From the NCBI GenBank assembly GCA_963707985.1, contig CAVPRW010000042.1, positions 96,001 to 160,000 on the forward strand: a stretch of 64,000 nt of DNA, read 5' to 3'. The position numbers and the translations under genes are program-made. The DNA comes from an uncultured Nitrospinota bacterium. GTDB taxonomy: Bacteria; Tectomicrobia; Entotheonellia; J063; CAVPRW01. The notes below the pieces were generated by a model. The model saw nothing but the letters and a program-made list of their open reading frames with translations, was not told where the DNA came from and ran no database searches. Below, piece after piece: positions 56,579-64,000 of the stretch; position 1 is the first letter of the stretch; each line of letters starts with the position of its first letter.

Positions 56579-57387
56579 CGCATGCTTACGTGGTTACAGA
56601 TGAGTTGGAATCCGCTCCGCTCCGCGTTGCGGCCTGAGCTGCTGCCGGGATCAGCGGTGACGATCGCCAACTCACACCCGGCATCGGCGGCGACCGCCAG
56701 CCGGGCCTCGATCAACGCCCGCTGCACCCCCCGACGGCGAAAGGCCGGGAGCGTAGCGGCGCCTCCGAGCACTGCGGCCTCACCGACGACCATCACGCTC
56801 GCCGCGCCCACGGGCTGGCGGTTGAGCAGGGCGATGAGGGCGGTCACCCTGGACCGCGAGCGGACCATCTGGTTCCAGATGATCACCCGGTTGCGGTCAG
56901 CGTCATGCGTGTACTCAAAGCCGTCGAGCAGGATCGTGGACCAGTCCGTGGCCGTGGACTCATCGACCTTGTGCACCTCCGCCGCGATGGCATGCGCCTC
57001 TTGTCTGCTCGCATTAGCATGGCGGCGTGGGAGAGCCTGGGCATAAATGTTCCGAAAACGGACCAGTTGGTAACCGCGCTGGCCGAGCAACCGCAGCAGG
57101 GAACGATCGACCATGGAGGCGATCTCGATCTCTGACGGCACACCTTGGGCGGCATAGAAGGTCTCGACGCACTCCACGTCGTCGCGACTGACGGGCCCGT
57201 GCAGTCCCATGGCCATGGCTCGGTTCGAGAAGAAGCCAGTACCAGTAAAGATGGCGCGACCTCCAGCCACGGGGAGCCAGCACGCCCTCGACTCTGGGTA
57301 GCAAGCCGCCATCCCCTCGGCAAACGTGCTGCGCTCTGCGGCGATGGCGGCCTCGATCCTCTGGAGGAGTGCGCGGTCAACAATCAT
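56560..57387 (-). CDS. GNAT-family N-acetyltransferase, last codons supplied by the IS1 end
   Basis: AATLPAFRRRGVQRALI, SSGRNAERSGF. Confidence 0.82.
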   Translation of the reverse strand: MIVDRALLQRIEAAIAAERSTFAEGMAACYPESRACWLPVAGGRAIFTGTGFFSNRAMAMGLHGPVSRDDVECVETFYAAQGVPSEIEIASMVDRSLLRLLGQRGYQLVRFRNIYAQALPRRHANASRQEAHAIAAEVHKVDESTATDWSTILLDGFEYTHDADRNRVIIWNQMVRSRSRVTALIALLNRQPVGAASVMVVGEAAVLGGAATLPAFRRRGVQRALIEARLAVAADAGCELAIVTADPGSSSGRNAERSGFQLICNHVSMRVVLHR

Positions 57388-57515
57388 CGGCGTGCCTCCA
57401 TTATGTCATCCACATGAGTCGCGAGCCTCGTCACGTTGGACCACGGCCGTCGCTGCGCACGGGCGACTCCCCTCTCCAAACCGCGTCATCATTGACTCTG
57501 TTGGTTAACTCACCC

Positions 57516-57790
57516 TTAACAGAGCACTGTCTGGCGTGACAAGGGATGAGGGGCCAACTGGGCCAAGTGGCCCGGCTTCCGCCGACGCTCCCCCAACGGT
57601 TCACCCCAGAGCCAAGCGATCACCCGCACCACATGCATGGCCGCGGCGGTGAGGAGGTGCTGGAGGCGCGTGCGCGCTAAGCCGATGTCGCGACTCTGAC
57701 GCAGATCAAAGCGCCGGATGCCTTGCGAGAGGCTACTCTCCACCCCAGACCGTCACGCATATTGGGCTTTGAACTCGGACCTCCAGTAGT
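57516..57790 (-). mobile_element. IS1182-like transposase 3' remnant
   Basis: GVESSLSQGIRRFDLRQSRDIGLARTRLQHLLTAAA. Confidence 0.65.
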
Positions 57791-57999
57791 AGACGGACGA
57801 TTTTTAGCGGTGAGGGGTGGGCATCTCTGCGATCGACCTTGTAAACGGCATAGAACACAAAGCGTTACCCAATTCACTGATCATTTAAGATTTCGTAAAT
57901 GATCGGCTCTTCCGCGAGAAAAAGGCTTTAATTTTACAGGCCGAAACGGAGCGGATTGCCGCCACCCTTTTTGATCACCTGGCGACGCAAGGGCAGTAA

Positions 58000-58390
58000 A
58001 GATAGGGGCTGCAGGGCTCACAGTAAATTTTCCGCCCGTTACGCCTGGAGCCCCTAATAGCGCATCGCGGGCCACCTCCGGGCGCAGAGAGCGGTAGCGC
58101 AAAACGACGTGAGGGAGCACGGTGAATACCGCTTTGCACGTGGTGCACTAGAGACGCCAGATGGTGACCCCGCCCAGCCGGACACGCGCATCGTGCGAGT
58201 GACGTGTCAGACACCCGCCCCCCTGACAGGTGACCTTGTGTGTGCGTTGAAAGCCGATGGACATGAGGAAAGCGATGACACACTCGACGAATGCCTTACC
58301 GTCCTTGAGAAGGCAGACGTAGGTCGATTCGTTACGAAAATCGATGGTGACGGTCCGATTTTGCCGAGTCGGTTTGGCGGCTGTGCCCAT
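58000..58390 (-). mobile_element. Degraded N-terminus of an unclassified transposase
   Basis: MGTAAKPTRQNRTVTIDF...GCLTRHSH.RVRLGG.TIWR, then PHVVLRYR in another frame. Recognised by resemblance only. Confidence 0.45.
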
Positions 58391-58490
58391 GTGTCACCCC
58401 CGTGTCAGCCGGTCTCGTCAGCTTATGAGACACCATGGGGGTCACGCATTGACATCTCAAGCCCATCGTGAAAGGCATAGGGCTTCACCA

Positions 58491-59543
58491 CTAAATCCGG
58501 GGGAATGTGGTGATTTCCGTTCGTCCGACATCCATGCTAGCCCGTTGGCATCCACACGAGCGGCGATCGATCAGAGCGGGAGGGAGTTTGCGAATCTCTG
58601 GCGGTAATGGCTGTCGGCGACGAATCGCTTCCATCAGCAACTGCACCGCTGTGGCGGCGATCATCCTGGTCGGCTGGGCGATACAGGTCACCGGGGGGTT
58701 CGTCACCGCGGCCCACTGATGTTCGCTGAATCCCACCAGCGCCACCTCCTCAGGACAGGACTGGCCGAGGTTCAGAAACGTGGCGAGGGCAGCCAGCGTT
58801 TGCATGGAGCCGAAGGTAAAGAAGGCATCCGGCGGCCGCTTGAGACGTAACAGGCTTGCCACCGCTTCCACGGTGCTGTCGAAGGGCAGCGCCCCCTCAA
58901 CGACCCACCGACCTTCTAGCCGCAACCCAGCAGTTTTGAGGGCTTTGCGATAGCCTTGCAGGCGATCAGCCGTCACCGACAGGCCTTTGCCCGTCAGCAC
59001 GGCGGCGATCCTCCGCCGCCCAGCCTCGATGAGATGAGAGACCCCCAAGACCGCACCAGTCTCGTTGTCGGTCACCACCGCGGGGATCGGGAGCGTGCGG
59101 ATATAACGGCTGAGAAACACGATGGGGAGTGGCTTCTGCAACAACGGCTTCAGAAAGGTGTGATCGCCGGCGCTGGGGATGAGGAGCAGTCCATCTACCA
59201 GGCGCGACTGCAAAAGCGAGACAAAGGCGTGCTCCTTGTCGAGCGCCTCATCGCTCTGACAGACAAAGACCTGATAGCCCAGCGCAGCGCTCTCCGCCTC
59301 CACGGCCTTGGTCACCTCGGCAAAGAAGGGGTTAGCGATATCCGGCAGAATAAGGCCAATGGCACGCGTCTGGTGCGAGCGTAAGCCACGGGCCAAAACG
59401 TTGGGCTCATAGTTGAGGGCTTCGGCTGCCTGTAGCACCCGCCGTGTCAATTGCTTGCTGACAAAGCGGGTCCCGTTCAGCACATGGGACACCGTGGCCA
59501 CGGAGACCCCCGCCTGCCGCGCCACATTCACAATGGTGGCCAT
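58491..59543 (-). CDS. LacI-family transcriptional regulator
   Basis: ATIVNVARQAGVSVATVSHVLN HTH, YEPN.LARGL, NPFF, TCIAQP. Confidence 0.95.
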   Translation of the reverse strand: MATIVNVARQAGVSVATVSHVLNGTRFVSKQLTRRVLQAAEALNYEPNVLARGLRSHQTRAIGLILPDIANPFFAEVTKAVEAESAALGYQVFVCQSDEALDKEHAFVSLLQSRLVDGLLLIPSAGDHTFLKPLLQKPLPIVFLSRYIRTLPIPAVVTDNETGAVLGVSHLIEAGRRRIAAVLTGKGLSVTADRLQGYRKALKTAGLRLEGRWVVEGALPFDSTVEAVASLLRLKRPPDAFFTFGSMQTLAALATFLNLGQSCPEEVALVGFSEHQWAAVTNPPVTCIAQPTRMIAATAVQLLMEAIRRRQPLPPEIRKLPPALIDRRSCGCQRASMDVGRTEITTFPRI

Positions 59544-59574
59544 CAGAGCAACTCCTCCCGCGATTGTGAGCAAA

Positions 59575-59620
59575 AAACGTTTACGCAAACGTTTCTATCA
59601 CATTTCTCTGTGCCCGTCAA
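59575..59620 (-). promoter_or_regulatory. lacI promoter with two LacI-type operator cores
   Basis: Minus strand TTGACG-17bp-TAGAAA. AAACGTTT palindromes at 59575-59582 and 59587-59594. Confidence 0.7.
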
Positions 59621-59659
59621 GGCACTTACTGTTGTGCTCTCTTCACCTCTAGGTAACCT

Positions 59660-60935
59660 TTCAGTCTCAGGTGGGACCTTCTGGGAAAAGCAGCGACCAT
59701 GGGGCTTGATGGAGATCATCGGCGAGTTGGTCCAGCACCCCCTTGAGGTGGGCACGACGTCGCGCCCCCGCTTCTTGAGGATATGCAGCACCGACATCAG
59801 CACGCCACGGGTGTGGGCCCCAGCGTCCGACTACGAACCGCAGCTGACCTTGCGGGCGATGACCGTGGGCCGCAGATCGCGTGCGGCGAGGTGGTTCTCG
59901 GCCGGAATCCGCCGATTATCGGCCCAATGATCGAGGCGGTCGCCGTTGACCCGGCGAATCTCTTGGATACGCCGGATGCCCAAGTGGTGCGCCGGCGCCT
60001 CCAGGCTCGTCATGCGCGGTGCGCGCGTAGTCCCATCGCCAGGGAGCGCTGTGGCGCCACCGTACTGACAAAGGCCGTCACCTCGGCTGTCTCGGGGAAC
60101 TCTTGTGCGAGGGCTTGGACCTCGCGCCACAGGTGGCTCTAGCCGTACTGGATGGTGCAGGGGGCATTGTGATAGCCGCCGTAGCGGTCGACGACCAGAC
60201 CGCCGGGCAGCCATGGCGTGCTGAAGACCTGCTGGGGCACGCTGGCCGCTCGGGTCTGGCGGAACAGGAACCGGCTGAGCCGCGGGGTGGCGAACCGCCA
60301 GGCATCGCCATGAGGCCCACGCGTCCGCCAGGCGGTCTCGTCGGTGTGTTTGACGGAGGCCTGGCGGTATGCCTGGATCAGCCGGTCTGGAATACCGGCA
60401 AACACGAGGGCCATGCGGTGGAAGACCTCCGCTATGCTCCCTAGGCCCAAGCCCGTCTGTTCGCAGACGCGCCCCCGGGGGATACCGTGCAAATCATGCA
60501 GCGTCGTCGTCGCGATGAGTCGGTTACCATAGAGGCTTCGGGGCAAGAGCGCGGGGGCCATACCGCTTGGGCAGCTGGTAGAGGACGCGCTCGGCTTTCA
60601 CCGGGTGACTTTCGAAGACCACCCGGCTGTCCGTCCCCTTGTCTTTCAACAGGGCGTCACAGTCGGGGCAGCGGTCGCCCCCGACGGGCGGAAGGTCCAC
60701 TCCCCGTGCCGCTTGACTGGCGTCGAAGGTGTGACGTCCCACCCCGAGGTGCCCCGGCCGTGCACCTTTGCGCGTGGGGGCTTTGGGTTGAGGGGTGCTG
60801 GCTTCGACTTGCCGTTTGGCCGACGGGGTCGCGGAGCCGAAAAACCCCTCGGTCGCCTGCCGTTCCTGGTAGCGCAGCTGTTGCTTCAGGCCCTAGAGTT
60901 CCTCAGCCAGCCGATCGAGTTCCCGTGGCTTCTTC
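59660..60935 (-). mobile_element. IS66-family transposase remnant
   Basis: CPDC, YGNRL, HTDETAW, LVVDRYGGY, IPAENHLAARDLRP. Several frameshifts and deletions. Confidence 0.8.
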
Positions 60936-61394
60936 AGACACTCAGCACACACATTAATGGCCATCGCCCCCCCGCCAGAATACCAGTTGTGAGCCACAGG
61001 GCGGTGGCCACCCAGGAATGACTGCCCCACGCCCTCATGGCGCGCAGACCAGCAGCGCCATGGGCCAGGATTCGCGAGGGCCAGAGCAAGCCTCGAGCCC
61101 CAAATGTCAATGAAGGCGGGGAACAGCTTAAGCTAAAACTGCAGGGGGAGCATGGATGACGGCGCCAGCCGATGCACAACTTCCCACTACGCGGCGCCAC
61201 AGCGGAAAGATCCGCTGTGTTCCACCTGGCCACCCGTCACTGAAGGATTACACCTCCAGGCAGAAAACAGTAACATCGTGATGCGGGTGGTTGTCCCCTG
61301 TCTGGTCAGTCTCGTAGGCGACGGTCTCGCCGCCATGCCCTCCTCGCAACCAGTGTCACAGGCACCTGGGTCTCTCCAGCCGGGATGGCGTAGG

Positions 61395-61622
61395 GCAAGC
61401 ACGGCGGCATCCTGAAACTGGTCACCAAGGCCGACCCCGACCACTGGGACCTCCACCAGTCGTGCTGCAATCCCAGTCCTGGCGCCGCTCGCGATCTGTT
61501 TAACACTCTGGTAATGTATAACCCCGTCAAGCCCGATGAAATCATCGGCGATCTGGCACAGTGCTGGGAGGTGAGCGCCGATGGCATGCGCTACACCTTT
61601 TATCTGCACGAGGCTCAGTAGT
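61395..61622 (+). pseudogene. Family-5 ABC substrate-binding protein fragment
   Basis: GKHGGILKL...DPDHWDLH...LFNTLV..NP...IIGDLAQCWEVSADG.RYTFYL, cut at IS6. Confidence 0.75.
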
Positions 61623-62400
61623 GGTTCTGTCAAATTTCATTTCACCCAGGTTTCCCCAAACCGAGCATGTAGACTCCTCCTTCTGAGGGGAGGATGCGTA
61701 TGACGTGGCCGGACTGTGAGTCCACCGCCACCACCGAACACTTGGATCGCACCGAACTCGGTTATCGCCGTTTCCGCTGTCGCCACGGCCGCCGTGTCTT
61801 TAATGAACGGACAAGGACACCGTTCAATCCTCTTCAATATCCTACAGATATGGTATGCCTGGTGGTCTTTTGGTGCTTGCGCTACAAATTGAGTCTGCGA
61901 GACCTCGCCGAGATGTTTCTCCAGCGGGGCATCGTGTTCACGCATGCAGCCATGCGGGACTGGGAAGGAAAGCTGGTACCCTGCTGATCGATATTCTTCG
62001 CAGGAAGCGCCGTGGACGAGACCTATGTGCGTGTCCAGGGCCAGTGGTGGTACCTCTACCGCGCCATTCGGAACGTCTTTGGGGACCGCGTCACGCACCG
62101 GACGAACCGCCCTCTCAATAACCATCTGGAGCAGGACCATCGGGGTATCAAACAACGCTATCGACTCATGTATGGCCTCAAACCCTTCGACAATGCTGTG
62201 CGCTTCTGCCGTCTCTTCGATGAGATCCGCGCCTCTCTGCGGCCGCTGTCCCGGCGCAATCAAGCGCTCTCACTCATGCAGCGACGGGACATCCATCGGG
62301 CGATTTGCTTAATTGCTGGGGATGATCGCGGCCGCGTAACCCGAGTCCCACCAGTTTACGAATGTCCTCTGACCTCTATCGCGCGAGAGTTGATAGAACC
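61623..62400 (+). mobile_element. IS6-family element (internally deleted transposase)
   Basis: TIRs GGTTCTGTCAA / TTGATAGAACC. LRYKLSLRDLAEMF, DETYVRV.G.W.YLYRAI, NNHLEQDHRGIK. Confidence 0.9.
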
Positions 62401-62548
62401 TCTCATCCAGCCAGCCGGGGACGGCCAGCAGCGCCCACATATGCTGCGCGACCGCCTGCGCCTGGGCCCGTGGATCCGTAGTGGACACGAAGACCTGCCG
62501 CACGTCGGTCAGGAACCGGTCCAGCGTGTAAGTCGCTGTCTGGGGCAT
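62401..62548 (-). pseudogene. N-terminal fragment of a hypothetical gene truncated by IS6
   Basis: GGAGG RBS + MPQTATYTLDRFLTDVR..., reading into the IS6 right end. Confidence 0.55.
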
Positions 62549-62879
62549 CAGGCACCTCCCGGCCGGCGTTTGGCATCATGGAATTGATTTCCAACATGCG
62601 AGCGGATCGCATTGTTTCCAGAGGGCTGGTGCAAGCTTTTTCTCCTGACGCGCTCCCCACGGGTCCGAGACGTATGCGGGGGAGGCGTGAGTCCCAGGTT
62701 CCCCACTGCGACCGCCTTGGGTCCAATCAATCGAGGGGCGCATTGACTTCCGAGATTTCAAATAGTAGGATTCCATCCCAGCATGTGAAACATGCTTTGC
62801 CATTTCGGGGACCAGTGTCAACAGGAGAAGTCTTTATACCAGGAAACACAGCCCGCCCCCATCTTTCCAGACCGGCGCG

Positions 62880-63013
62880 GATGGCCTCTCACGGCCTTCA
62901 GCGTGAGTGGGCCGACGCAGCGCCTCGCTGCCGGAGGACTCAAGGAATTGAGGGGGCAAGTCATCAAGGTGGCGCAACGGATCTCCACCATGCTGGGTTA
63001 CACGCCAGCATGA
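62880..63013 (+). pseudogene. IclR-type regulator C-terminal remnant
   Basis: AFSVSGPTQRL...VIKVAQRISTMLGY*, with no upstream HTH. Confidence 0.6.
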
Positions 63014-63269
63014 CCATAATGTTCAGATACCCGGCAAGGGGGCGACAGCGCACATGACTCGCCGCCAGGGGGTGCCAGCCCTGTGCACCCCACCTCCAGG
63101 CCGGGAGGCGCGGAGCGCAGGTGGGATGGGCAGCGACCCACCACCGGGGGGAAGCGCCGCTGTCGAGAGGCGGTTGTCATCGACGAATTGATCACACTCC
63201 TGCATGGAAACTCTCCAGTGTGGTCCGTCCCCGACTGGAGGTCCTAGAAGCGCACGACAGGAGGGCAAG

Positions 63270-64000
63270 ATGGCCTATACAGATACCATGGGTTACGTCG
63301 TTTCTACCACGTCGTCAGAGGCGTTAGCCGCGTATGAACAGGGGGTGAGCCTCTGGCTGCGCCAGCGTAGCGGGGCTGTTGAGGCCCTGGATCATGCGGT
63401 TGCGGTGGATCCGCATTTTTCCCTCGCGCATTGCACGCGAGCCTATGTGGCCTGGCGCGCGGGCAAGGTCGAAGACGCCTTGGCCGCCCATCGGCAGGCC
63501 ATGGCACGAGCGGACGACGCTCATGATGAGCGGGAACGCCTCCATCTTCACACGGTGGATGCCATGCGATGGTGTGACGGTGCTGCGGCTCTCCACCACT
63601 TGGAACAGCTTGCCGAGCAGTATCCCATGGACCGCATGGCCATGCGTCTCCTCAGCTTGAACTATCTCGCCCGGGGCGATTACCAGCGCGGCGTGATGCA
63701 GGCGCGGCGTAGCCTCAACGCCTGCCCGGATGATCCGCAGTTCCTGACCATGCTGGCGTTTTTCTTAGAGCAATCGAATGAGGACCCCGATGTAGGGTTA
63801 GCACTCGGGTTACAAGCGCTGGAGGCAGACCCGGGGAATCTCTACACCTATCACGCCGTGGGCCATAATTACCAGGCGCGCGGCGATTACTGCAAGGCGC
63901 TCGCCACATTCGAACGCGCCAATTCGCTCGAGCGTTATCCCCATAACCTCTGGCACTTGGCCGAGGTGCACGCCATCCTGGGCGACACGCGGATGACGCA
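63270..64000 (+). CDS. Tetratricopeptide-repeat protein (TTC38-like), runs off window
   Basis: Manual translation MAYTDTMGYVVSTTSSEALAAYEQGV...AVAVDPHFSLAH...ERERLH. GGAGG RBS, open to the window end. Confidence 0.75.
   Translation, partial: MAYTDTMGYVVSTTSSEALAAYEQGVSLWLRQRSGAVEALDHAVAVDPHFSLAHCTRAYVAWRAGKVEDALAAHRQAMARADDAHDERERLHLHTVDAMRWCDGAAALHHLEQLAEQYPMDRMAMRLLSLNYLARGDYQRGVMQARRSLNACPDDPQFLTMLAFFLEQSNEDPDVGLALGLQALEADPGNLYTYHAVGHNYQARGDYCKALATFERANSLERYPHNLWHLAEVHAILGDTRMT

Overview
GC-rich bacterial DNA from an LPS-producing organism (kdsB-pyrG-kdsA operon). The mix of LLM oxidoreductase, class III CoA-transferases, DUF4058/Uma2 genes and IS types is reminiscent of Candidatus Tectomicrobia/Entotheonella-like genomes (inference). 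1-14 kb holds housekeeping and metabolic genes. 14-20 kb is a scarred segment bounded by a duplicated 3' end of a gamma-glutamyltransferase gene (Uma2, AAA-ATPase fragments, IS1634), followed by an IS5 remnant. 20-39.5 kb is a ~19.5 kb defence island with two parts. The first is an unassigned three-gene operon (TIGR04255-like protein, protein with a disordered N-terminus, Cys-rich PIN nuclease). It converges on a ~17 kb minus-strand run: DUF499 ATPase, DUF3780-like protein, DUF1156 methyltransferase, PLD-SNF2 helicase, NucS-like endonuclease, dual-specificity phosphatase and McrBC. 40-48 kb is a CoA-dependent catabolic cluster, 48-56 kb a sulfur/metal-handling cluster with two tandem MITE-like elements, and 56-64 kb an IS graveyard with a LacI regulator and a TPR gene running off the end. 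Many genes carry single-base frameshifts that look like long-read indel errors. No CRISPR array, tRNA or rRNA was seen. The best candidates for undescribed biology are the TIGR04255-like/X/PIN operon and the phosphatase embedded in the restriction-like + McrBC operon.
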